DNA of 64,000 nucleotides, taken from IMG/VR virus record IMGVR_UViG_3300028840_008160, positions 265,801 through 329,800 of that record. One strand, 5' to 3'. The notes below the pieces were generated by a model. That model ran no database searches and was not told the DNA's origin. It was given only the letters and a program-made list of their open reading frames with translations. The first letter of the stretch is position 1. Every line of letters starts with the position of its first letter. Both the position numbers and the translations under genes were made by a program. Shown here piece after piece: positions 30,629 through 39,109 of the stretch.

Positions 30629-31237
30629 ATGCCAGTAGTAACAGTTGATAAAGTTCGTTTTGTCGTACACTGGAAGTCTGAATGGATCGAAATACTAAGA
30701 TATATTGATGAGAATTTTAAGACACTTTCGGGTAATATTGATTGGAAAGCTGCTGAAAAAGTTGGTTTACTTTCTGGCTTTCCAAATGTGTCACTTAAAT
30801 ATATAAGTAGATATTGGTCGACGAAGAAAAGAAAAAGAGATAGAGTTCAACAATCATGTCGATCTGATAACACGCAGCGATTAAGTGTTCTACATAAAAA
30901 TGGAATTCCTAAACGTATACGTTTTCTATGGACAAGACAACAGCAAATTGTTCTTGATCGACTTGTGCGTCGACATAAAAGAAAGTCTGTTGTAGATTGG
31001 AAAGGCGTTTGGAACGATCCTCAAAGAAAAAAACTACCGACTCATTACACATTAGTTTCTTTACGTAAGTATTGGAACAGCACAAATCACATCGATTCAG
31101 ATTTGAACATTAAATCTTCTTTGGCTTGGCGTAAAGCAAATCCAGAACGATATCGACAGCATCAATTGAAAATTGCTCGACGTAGAAAGAATGAGAAAAA
31201 TGCGTTTCTGTATTCTCGAATGGAATATCGTCGTTAG
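30629..31237 (+). CDS. basic protein with tandem Myb/SANT-like repeats
   Basis: two W-x(18-21)-W-x-W-type units, e.g. WTRQQQIVLDRLVRRHK...VDWKGVW...LRKYWN. Confidence 0.5.
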   Translation: MPVVTVDKVRFVVHWKSEWIEILRYIDENFKTLSGNIDWKAAEKVGLLSGFPNVSLKYISRYWSTKKRKRDRVQQSCRSDNTQRLSVLHKNGIPKRIRFLWTRQQQIVLDRLVRRHKRKSVVDWKGVWNDPQRKKLPTHYTLVSLRKYWNSTNHIDSDLNIKSSLAWRKANPERYRQHQLKIARRRKNEKNAFLYSRMEYRR

Positions 31238-31241
31238 GCGA

Positions 31242-31378
31242 TTTCGCCATTGAGAAGCTTTATTTTCGTGCACTGAGAAGGTATTACTTCTTTTCGCCAC
31301 TGAGAAGCCTTATTTTCGCCTCTGAGAAGGTATTACTTCTTTTCGCCACTGAGAAGCCTTATTTTCGCCTCTGAGAAG
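31242..31378. repeat. six-copy direct repeat array (iteron-like)
   Basis: core TTTCGCC[AT][CT]TGAGAAG (copy 2 TTTCGTGCACTGAGAAG) ending at 31257, 31280, 31307, 31329, 31356, 31378; spacing 23/27/22/27/22. Confidence 0.9.
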
Positions 31379-31528
31379 TCAATTAAAATACTAACCCTTC
31401 ACAATTAATTTATAATACGTTTAATATCAATAAGTTAGAAGCATTAATAGGATCATTTTGATGGGTTTTGGGCATGACTACAATAATAGGAAGCGTAGGT
31501 AATGCCACTTAACCAAACGGAGGTTAGC

Positions 31529-33682
31529 ATGAAGCTAACGAGTGCAATATGGATGGTCATCATTTTGATGACGGCGAGCGTAAGCTGGGCAGTCGACACC
31601 CAGAAATCAAAGTCGACGAACTATCCTCTATCTACCACACTCGAAACTGCCGATTCGAGTTGGGTGCTTCAACTCATACAAAATGAGTTGTATTGGGGAG
31701 TTCAGGAACTTGAATCTGGTGATTTTGTTGTCACAGCTACTAACGCAACGGTTGGTGGTTCATGGACGAAAGAATCATCATGGAATGGCAACACAGCACC
31801 AGAAGATTTTTTCAATGAATTATCAGCCGGTGTAAAAGAGGTTCGGTTTCTTCCGGTGGGCACCGATTCTGTTGTACTTGTCATTTCAGGTCCAGACAGC
31901 ACATACCTTTATAGACGTTATGCGACATATCAATCGGCACCGTACATCTGGACAAGAACTGCACTGAATGCAGTTTTTGACTCGCTTCAATATACTACAA
32001 TTCAAGGCGATACTATCATCCGGAATTATCCTAATGCTATAAGCGTTGATGTTCCCGGAATGACAATTATCAGCCGAAGTTTTGGAGTTGATATTTTTGG
32101 CAACGAATATTTTGTCGGCGAAATTGCTGGCAAAAAAGTATTTGCTAAAAATGAAGTTAGCTCAGGCAAGGTAATTTATTGGGAGTACGGAATCGACGTG
32201 CTTCCGATTTTTGATCCAACAAACATCTCTTATTTGATCGCTGGCCGCGGCGGAGTCGATAGCATCTACATCAATCATCCTGTGTATGTTGTCGAAGATA
32301 CCATTTATGTATCAGCATTGGCTGATACTCTTTTAAATGGCGATGACATTGTCAGGATTTATCATCCCATTACGATCATAGACGACAATCAAACAATTCA
32401 TCAGTCAGTGCCTATTGTTCCTGTCTTTTCAGATTGGATACGTTATTCTGGCGACACTACATATTTAGAAATCTCAGCTTCACCGGTAACAATTGGTGCA
32501 ACTTATCCTCTTCGATATCGAATCATCGATCGTTCCTCAAGCAATGACACTAGCCCATGGTTAATGGAAGATACGGTTTGCATGATGATCAAAGTCGTTA
32601 ATGATTCAATGAAGGTCACAGATATTGTCGACCAACAGGCCACTGAAAGTCAATCATTTTCGGTAAATGTAGTAGTATCAAATGGAATGTGGCCAGCTGT
32701 CGAATCTTTCACTGGACCAAGCTGGTTGACGATCAACAACTTCACAATTTCTGGAACGCCGACACATTCAGATGTTGGAGGAGAAGTTGTAGTCGCGATC
32801 TTAGACACAATGATTCAATATCGAGGCATTACTCATACTCAAGTTACTCAACGAGATACAGTTCGTTTCAACATTACTGTTGAATACCTGCCCAATGCAA
32901 TTCCGACCATATCAGTTACACAATCAGCTGATACCATTTATATAGATGAATCGTTAGCTTGCACAACACATGTTGCTGATGCTGATGGCGATCAGCTTAT
33001 TACAACTTATGGAATTGTTGCAAATGCTTCATTTACACAAAATAATGATTCATTATATATAGTAACATTTGGAACAACGGGTTCATACGCACTTATATTC
33101 AAAGTGAATGATGGAGAAGATTCGGCATCTGCGCAGATTGATATTGAAGTTATTGACAGACCAACTGTTAATATACCACCAGTTGTTGCTAACGACACTG
33201 TTAGAACGAAACTTGGCGACGGTGATTGGATTCGTAAAGTGATTCAAGCAACTGACGATGACAATGATCAATTGATGTATGATTTTGGTAACGGTTTTAC
33301 ATTGGATTCGACGTACGTATATGAAGTCATTGAGGCTGATACTTTTGATGTCGAAGTCAAAGTTACAGACGGTACAGACACCGTTACATGCATTTTGACT
33401 GTGATGATAGAAGATGTTCCAACAACTACAATAACAAATCTCAATCGCGTGCCTGCAAATGATTTTGCTAAATTACAAGGCTCACGCATTGATTATGGAA
33501 TCAAGTCAGCTGGGCAAATCAAAATTGTAGCAATTACTTTAGATGGTCGCATTGTTGCCAAAGTGAATGCTTACAAATCTGCCGGTTCATACTTTCTTGA
33601 CATTAATTCTTCGACACCGGTAATTGTTCAAGTGATTGTCGGTTCCATTCGTCAAATGATGAAGATCACAACGATCAAATAA
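31529..33682 (+). CDS. secreted Ig/cadherin-like repeat surface protein with FCB-type C-terminal sorting-like domain
   Basis: SD GGAGG; signal peptide ending SWA; GPSWLTI...SGTP, NAIPTI...DADGD, NIPPV...ATDDDND repeats; C-terminal IDYGI...IVAITLDGRIVA...AGSY. Confidence 0.7.
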   Translation: MKLTSAIWMVIILMTASVSWAVDTQKSKSTNYPLSTTLETADSSWVLQLIQNELYWGVQELESGDFVVTATNATVGGSWTKESSWNGNTAPEDFFNELSAGVKEVRFLPVGTDSVVLVISGPDSTYLYRRYATYQSAPYIWTRTALNAVFDSLQYTTIQGDTIIRNYPNAISVDVPGMTIISRSFGVDIFGNEYFVGEIAGKKVFAKNEVSSGKVIYWEYGIDVLPIFDPTNISYLIAGRGGVDSIYINHPVYVVEDTIYVSALADTLLNGDDIVRIYHPITIIDDNQTIHQSVPIVPVFSDWIRYSGDTTYLEISASPVTIGATYPLRYRIIDRSSSNDTSPWLMEDTVCMMIKVVNDSMKVTDIVDQQATESQSFSVNVVVSNGMWPAVESFTGPSWLTINNFTISGTPTHSDVGGEVVVAILDTMIQYRGITHTQVTQRDTVRFNITVEYLPNAIPTISVTQSADTIYIDESLACTTHVADADGDQLITTYGIVANASFTQNNDSLYIVTFGTTGSYALIFKVNDGEDSASAQIDIEVIDRPTVNIPPVVANDTVRTKLGDGDWIRKVIQATDDDNDQLMYDFGNGFTLDSTYVYEVIEADTFDVEVKVTDGTDTVTCILTVMIEDVPTTTITNLNRVPANDFAKLQGSRIDYGIKSAGQIKIVAITLDGRIVAKVNAYKSAGSYFLDINSSTPVIVQVIVGSIRQMMKITTIK

Positions 33683-33709
33683 AAATCCAGCAATCCATGC
33701 TGTGCTGGT

Positions 33710-33737
33710 GGGTGAGCTTTTTGCTCACCCTTTTTTT
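33710..33737 (+). terminator. intrinsic terminator
   Basis: GGGTGAGC-TTTTT-GCTCACCC then T7. Confidence 0.9.
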
Positions 33738-33816
33738 GCGATTTGATACGGCCACATTTTGAGGTTCTCCTTGTTTGATAAGTTCACAAATATGATACTT
33801 TAAAAAGGGAGATATT

Positions 33817-34653
33817 ATGATGAGTTATAATTTGAATTTGATGAAGGATCCGGACGACAAACGCGACTTTCCTTTTTTAGCTAGTTTTACACCAGAAGAA
33901 CTAAAAGCAGGTCGTTTGTCAAACATTCCTGAAATAATTGATCATAGTGATTTGATGTCACCTGTAAAAGATCAAGGTCAACTCGGTAGTTGTGTAGGAT
34001 TTGCTGTTACGGCATTGAAAGAATGGCAAGAGCAGAGAGAACATAAAGAAGAAGTTGAATCGGGTAAGTTTGATCATCGCGATGAAAAGTATTACGACTT
34101 ATCTGAATCTTGGGTATATTGGATGTCAAAAAAGATTGACTGTTGGCCAGGGCTTGAAGGAACATCAATTCGTTATGCTATGAAAGTACTTAATACACTC
34201 GGCGTGCCTTGTGAAAAAGCTTGGCCTTATGACGACAAAGTTAAGGGCGAACCTAAAAGTTGGGCTAAACTCGTTGCTAGATGGTCACTTATTGGTTCAT
34301 ATTATAGAGTAAACACATTGAATGAACTTATCACTGCGTTAGCTCAACACCCAGTAGCAATCGGTATTGCTTGTTTTGAAGGCATTTTCTTTGTTGGTGA
34401 AGATGGCATTGTGCCGATGCCAAGAGATTCTGCTTATTGCTATGGTGGACATGCTGTTTGTGCTGTTGGCTATGATCAACATAAGAAGTTAATAAAGTTC
34501 AAGAATAGTTGGAGTACGAATTGGGGAGAAAAGGGTTACGGTTACTTACATTATGATTATGTAGGTACGAACAATTACATGTGGGATGCTTGGTATTGTA
34601 AAGACCTTTCTGTAACAAAAGACATGCTTGAAGGCACTAGGAATTTGATATGA
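33817..34653 (+). CDS. papain-like cysteine peptidase (C1A)
   Basis: PVKDQGQLGSCVGFA, GGHAVCAVGYD, FKNSW. Confidence 0.9.
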   Translation: MMSYNLNLMKDPDDKRDFPFLASFTPEELKAGRLSNIPEIIDHSDLMSPVKDQGQLGSCVGFAVTALKEWQEQREHKEEVESGKFDHRDEKYYDLSESWVYWMSKKIDCWPGLEGTSIRYAMKVLNTLGVPCEKAWPYDDKVKGEPKSWAKLVARWSLIGSYYRVNTLNELITALAQHPVAIGIACFEGIFFVGEDGIVPMPRDSAYCYGGHAVCAVGYDQHKKLIKFKNSWSTNWGEKGYGYLHYDYVGTNNYMWDAWYCKDLSVTKDMLEGTRNLI

Positions 34654-35261
34654 AACACTTGGCAAGAATTCAAACAGACTTTCTTAAACAAGCTGCTGGT
34701 TGGGAAGATTTTTCAAGACAACGGCAATTGGAATACTTAGGTCAGCATCCTAAATCAAAAAGGCACATTACTGCTGATCTTGTGAATGCAAGCAAAGATA
34801 CAAAAGATAGCTATTTAAGTGGGATGAATAGTTGGGTACAAAATGAAAAACATCATAAACCGTTAGCAATTGTATTGAAAAATTTCATGCACAAATATTT
34901 ACCTGAACGATTCTATAAAAAATTGTACGATGAAGATTTACACGGTGATTTACCGCCAGATTTGTTTGAACGTCTTGCTAACAAATATGATTTACCAATT
35001 TATTTGGATGAAACATCTGGAAAACTGCCTGAAAGCGCGTTAGCTCTTATTAATGAAAAGACAGAAACTGTCTTACCAGGACAAGCGAGCGGAGAGTATT
35101 TGAGGATTAAAGTTGCTACTGGTGTTGTTAATGGCAAGAGAATGATAATTTCGGGCAGTGAAAGAACGGGTTTGGCTGATATCAAAGACAAAGAGGGCAA
35201 AGTAATTGGGCATCATCCATATAAGAGTCATGCAGTTGAATTGATTTTGGGGGCAAAATGA
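34650..35261 (+). CDS. leader-family protein
   Basis: MKHLARIQTDFLKQA-AG-WEDFSRQRQLEYLGQHPKSKR. Confidence 0.85.
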   Translation: MKHLARIQTDFLKQAAGWEDFSRQRQLEYLGQHPKSKRHITADLVNASKDTKDSYLSGMNSWVQNEKHHKPLAIVLKNFMHKYLPERFYKKLYDEDLHGDLPPDLFERLANKYDLPIYLDETSGKLPESALALINEKTETVLPGQASGEYLRIKVATGVVNGKRMIISGSERTGLADIKDKEGKVIGHHPYKSHAVELILGAK

Positions 35262-35629
35262 AACATTTAGCTCAAATTCAAACTGAATTTTTACAGCAAC
35301 AGCCTGAATGTGGTCGTTTTCTTACTCCAAGGCAACGTCATCGCCGCAAAATGTTACGCCGAATGCAACAGCGACGTGATCCCGAATGTATTGAAGCTTC
35401 TCACCATAAAGAAGCTGCAGATAAAAAGATGAAAGTTATCACTGTAACATGTCGAGATTATGATGACAAATTAGAAAATTTGTTGAATCATATTAAAGAT
35501 ATAGGCAATGTTGGTCATTCATTTCCAATTGTTATTGATGAAGGCTCAGAAACTGAAGGGAAATTTGGTTGGGATGGTGATGGAGCAGATTACATAAAAG
35601 AAATCAAAATGACTTATGAAGACGAGTAG
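35258..35629 (+). CDS. leader-family protein without W-box
   Basis: MKHLAQIQTEFLQQQ; cargo LENLLNHIKDIGNVGHSF...GWDGDGADYI. Confidence 0.8.
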   Translation: MKHLAQIQTEFLQQQPECGRFLTPRQRHRRKMLRRMQQRRDPECIEASHHKEAADKKMKVITVTCRDYDDKLENLLNHIKDIGNVGHSFPIVIDEGSETEGKFGWDGDGADYIKEIKMTYEDE

Positions 35630-35638
35630 GAGAATGAA

Positions 35639-36671
35639 ATGCGGCATCTAGCGCAAATACAAATTGAATTCTTGAAAGAAGCTCGTAAGTGGGATGATCT
35701 TACGTATGAAGAACAAAAGGGATCTTAAGCGTCATCCTAAATCAAAACGAAAGTTGACAGCTAGACCTGGAAAAGGTACACAAAAGAAAGAAGCACCTGA
35801 CGAAGTACGAAAGAAGCTTAAAGATAAGAAAAAAGAAGTAAAGCCAAAAGTTGAATTTGAGCCTGAGTCATGGGACAATATTGCTTCAAAGCTATCTAAT
35901 AAATCAAGATCAGATATTCAATCCGAGATTGTTAAATTAGAAACAAAAATGGAGAAAAGAAATCAAGCTGCAATACGAAGAGAGCAACGTGCTCAAGGTA
36001 ATTTAGATGGAACAGCTATTGATGCTGCTTATGAAAGAAATAGACCTGATGAAATGAGAACAAAGTTACTCAAACATTATTTGCAAAATGGTTCAAAACC
36101 ATTGCCCAAAAATCTTAAAGAAGAGTTTGAGCAATATCAAAAAGATCAAGAATGGCGACAAGAACATAAAGAGAAGCGAAAAGAGCGACGTGAACAAGAA
36201 ATGAGTGAACATGGTCATTTGATGGATAAGATGGTTACATGGACTTCAAAGAAGAATTTTGGCCGTGAGATGATAGGCAGAGTCACAGCTGTTAAGTCCG
36301 GTAAGCGCGGTCCATATGTAAAGACAGACACAGGTTGGAAAGTACCAGTATCCATGATAACAAAATCAAAAACTGCTCCAATAGAGGAGCGCCACAAAAC
36401 TAGAGTACAACCGAAATCATTGGTAGGTAAAAAAATTACATGGCCGACTAAACATAGACCACAAATATTTAGGCGACCTCGTCGAATGAGACCAGGACGA
36501 TTGTATAGAGTTGGCCCAAAGCCTGCACCTCCAGGATACGACGCAACTTCAGGAACGGCATCTGGTGTCGTGACTGGAGTAAAAGGCAGTAAGTTGTTAG
36601 TTGATAATTGGACAGTGCCAATAACATTAGTTAAGAAAGTAGATGATAAAGATTTCACTGGGTGGGTATGA
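35639..36671 (+). pseudogene. leader-family gene frameshifted inside the W-box; tandem SH3-like cargo
   Basis: MRHLAQIQIEFLKEARKWDDLTYEEQKG (35639-35722) continues as LKRHPKSKR in the +1 frame; 2 nt missing relative to paralog 733. Confidence 0.75.
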
Positions 36672-36737
36672 TTGGTATGTTGATATTTGAAATATATGGG
36701 TTAAATAATGATAATGATAAACTTAGTTTGAACTAAT

Positions 36738-36761
36738 TTTCTATGTTCTGTCGCATGACTA
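36738..36761 (+). promoter_or_regulatory. TGACTA-box promoter candidate
   Basis: TTTCTATG-TTCTGTCGCA-TGACTA, ATG 8 nt downstream; CATGACT-ATATA-AGTCATG palindrome. Confidence 0.65.
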
Positions 36762-36769
36762 TATAAGTC

Positions 36770-37489
36770 ATGAATATGACAGATCAAATCAGACACGTAG
36801 CAAGATTGCCGCAACGACTTCTTCGTGAACGAGCAATGATTGCAGAGCTTGCTGCAAAGACAGTCCATGTAACAATTCGTGACTTTAAAGCGAAGAATGC
36901 TCCTCCCCCACAAAGTCTAAGTATTTCTCCAGTACTTTCAAGACATCTTAGAAAAGACCCACAACTCGGTTTTCGTGAAAAACCGACGTTTATGGGCATA
37001 CTTATCAAAGTTGATGAAAATCTACGGGAAGGTGAAATTAGACTTAGCTCAGTTGATACATCACGACAACTTAGATACACAGCAAGTTCGATAATTTCAC
37101 CTTATCTTTTTTCAATATTTGGTAATGATTGTTACAATATTGTTATCAAAACTAGAGGCCATCCTGTTAATTTTCACAGCGCCGGACCGGAGCAAACAGC
37201 GCTTGAAATGTTACGAGAAATGATCACTGAAAAAGAGTTTTTTAAGTACCTTAAGTATGGCTTTCTTATTGTTGAAGGTAAAAGTGGTAAACAGTATCAA
37301 GTTTTCAGACTAAATGCACACACAAAAGTTTGGATGAGAGGTAAACTCGTCGAAGAAATTTGTGTAAGAATAAACAATAAAGCAGACGTACCACCAACTG
37401 ACAATGTGATTGCGTTCAAAGTCATGATTGAAAGTAATGAAGATGAATTCAGACGGATAGGAAACGTTTATAGAATGAAGGTTGCATGA
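36770..37489 (+). CDS. LREMITE paralog family protein
   Basis: ALEMLREMITEKEFFKYLKYGF...VEEIC...PPTDNVIAFKVMIESNEDEFRRIGN. Confidence 0.75.
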   Translation: MNMTDQIRHVARLPQRLLRERAMIAELAAKTVHVTIRDFKAKNAPPPQSLSISPVLSRHLRKDPQLGFREKPTFMGILIKVDENLREGEIRLSSVDTSRQLRYTASSIISPYLFSIFGNDCYNIVIKTRGHPVNFHSAGPEQTALEMLREMITEKEFFKYLKYGFLIVEGKSGKQYQVFRLNAHTKVWMRGKLVEEICVRINNKADVPPTDNVIAFKVMIESNEDEFRRIGNVYRMKVA

Positions 37490-37887
37490 TCATTACACCT
37501 CAAACAAAATCAATCTTTCTTGCCGGGCCAATTCCCAGAGTCACTGTTGATTTTCAAGAAACATGGCAGCATGCCGCCGCATTGATTTCAAGACTTGACG
37601 AGAATGTTGTCGTATATTGCCCAATGCCTTTTTCACTTGATGGTTATGAGTCGCAAATTGAATGGGAAGAAGACCATCTTGAAGAAGCATCTGTTATTTT
37701 GTTTTGGGTGCCTAGACATATAGCTGCGTCGGTACCTGAAGTTGACATGTCTGCTTTCACAACAAATGTTGAATTTGGTGACTATTATTTGATTGCTTTG
37801 TACTCTAAATATCGCATTTTTGGAGCATCTTTTGGAAAACCTAGAACTATTTTGCCTGATCTACAAACAGATCCAAGAACTAATTGA
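37486..37887 (+). CDS. nucleoside 2-deoxyribosyltransferase-like protein, C-terminus apparently lost
   Basis: IFLAGP...WQ...QIEWEEDHLEEASVILFWVPR...FTTNVEFG. Confidence 0.6.
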   Translation: MIITPQTKSIFLAGPIPRVTVDFQETWQHAAALISRLDENVVVYCPMPFSLDGYESQIEWEEDHLEEASVILFWVPRHIAASVPEVDMSAFTTNVEFGDYYLIALYSKYRIFGASFGKPRTILPDLQTDPRTN

Positions 37888-38095
37888 AGCTGGCAAAGAG
37901 TTCTATTTGCGTGGGTTGCTTAATCTTATAGAACCTATTGATAAAACAAACGACTACGATCGCGCATTAGAAATGTTACAAATGAGCGTTGATGATGTGG
38001 TTGAAATTTCCGATACTGAATTCCAATGTTTTGTGCAAGATCAATGGGCTTGGACTCAACAAGCATTCATGTCAAATACGAAGTATCTAAAATGA
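37793..38095 (+). CDS. conserved phage protein fragment lacking a clear start
   Basis: P.DKTNDYDRALEMLQMSVDD..EISD.EF..FVQDQWAW. Confidence 0.5.
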   Translation: MLCTLNIAFLEHLLENLELFCLIYKQIQELIEAGKEFYLRGLLNLIEPIDKTNDYDRALEMLQMSVDDVVEISDTEFQCFVQDQWAWTQQAFMSNTKYLK

Positions 38096-38628
38096 GTGGT
38101 GAACAATCATTAAATTTATGTGCGACTAAACGTTTTGGTCTTGATTTGTCGCCAGAAGAGCAAAAATACAAAGAACAATTAAAAGATTTTTTGCTTGCAT
38201 TAAATCATCGGACTGTCAGAATCATAAGGCGCAGTGATTTACCGCTCGAAATAGAACAAGCATTAAAGACATTCAAAGAAAAAGCTGCAAAAATAACGGA
38301 TGAAATTACAGCTAAAGCATGTCAAATTAAAGACGGACAATGCATTAGAACAAGAAAAAACCCAGAAAATAATACTGATTTTTGTTGTTGTAACGAATGT
38401 GGTTGGGGCGTAGGTTATATTAAACAAATTTCGACACAAGAAATTAACGAACGTGCTAAATTTTGGGATAATGAAAAGGGGTTTCACAGAGTTGACGGTT
38501 GTGCGCTTCCTAAAGAAGAACGATCTATAACTTGTCTTTATTACTTATGTGATGATGCGATTGAGAATATTTCAAAATTCGAGCTTGACGTGCTTTATCT
38601 GATAGGTTCGTTTAGAGAAATAATGTAG
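38092..38628 (+). CDS. Cys-rich hypothetical protein
   Basis: CQIKDGQC...CCCNEC...GCALP.EERSITCLYYLC. Confidence 0.6.
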   Translation: MSGEQSLNLCATKRFGLDLSPEEQKYKEQLKDFLLALNHRTVRIIRRSDLPLEIEQALKTFKEKAAKITDEITAKACQIKDGQCIRTRKNPENNTDFCCCNECGWGVGYIKQISTQEINERAKFWDNEKGFHRVDGCALPKEERSITCLYYLCDDAIENISKFELDVLYLIGSFREIM

Positions 38629-38636
38629 GAGATAAA

Positions 38637-39035
38637 ATGAGCATATTAATTGTGACAGATGAGACATTTGATAAAGAAGTACTAAAAGCTGATAAGCTCG
38701 TGTTAATTGCTTTTTGTGCGCCATGGTGTTCTCATTGTAAGTATCTTGATCGAGTGTTTGAAAGAGTTGAGAAAAAGTTTGGTGAAGCTAAGTATTGCGT
38801 GATCAATATAGATGAAAATCCTCTAACGACTCAAACATTCGATATTGTTGCTATTCCTACTGTGTTTTTTATTAAAGATGGTGAATGTAAAAAGCAAACA
38901 ATAGGCTCGCGATCAGATACTGAATATTTGACAGATATTGCCAAGATACTCGGTAGAAATAAAGATGAAGTTTTGCATACTGACTATCAATGGTCAGTCA
39001 GTCGACATCTAAAACCAAAACCAATATTATTATAA
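38637..39035 (+). CDS. thioredoxin
   Basis: FCAPWCSHC active-site motif; IPTVFFIKDG. Confidence 0.85.
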   Translation: MSILIVTDETFDKEVLKADKLVLIAFCAPWCSHCKYLDRVFERVEKKFGEAKYCVINIDENPLTTQTFDIVAIPTVFFIKDGECKKQTIGSRSDTEYLTDIAKILGRNKDEVLHTDYQWSVSRHLKPKPILL

Positions 39036-39078
39036 AACTGTATGAGAGATTTTTGATTTCACTTCATTTTATATCTCA

Positions 39079-39106
39079 GCTCCCTTATAGCTAACTATAA
39101 GGGAGC
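39079..39106 (+). promoter_or_regulatory. RBS-sequestering hairpin
   Basis: GCTCCCTTATAG-CTAA-CTATAAGGGAGC perfect 12-bp stem covering SD AAGGGAG of ATG 39110. Confidence 0.75.
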
Positions 39107-39109
39107 ATT

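Noticed and set aside
31242-31378. CRISPR mini-array
   Set aside because: Segments between the repeats are only 5-11 nt and themselves repeat; no unique spacers and no cas genes.
31457-31480. Additional TGACTA box before the surface-protein gene
   Set aside because: Hexamer present but the upstream 8-mer (TTTGATGG) does not match at the 10-nt spacing; not counted.
35716-35722. Programmed -1 frameshift at A-AAG-GGA
   Set aside because: The heptamer fits X-XXY-YYZ, but the -1 frame stops within a few codons; the cargo is in the +1 frame.
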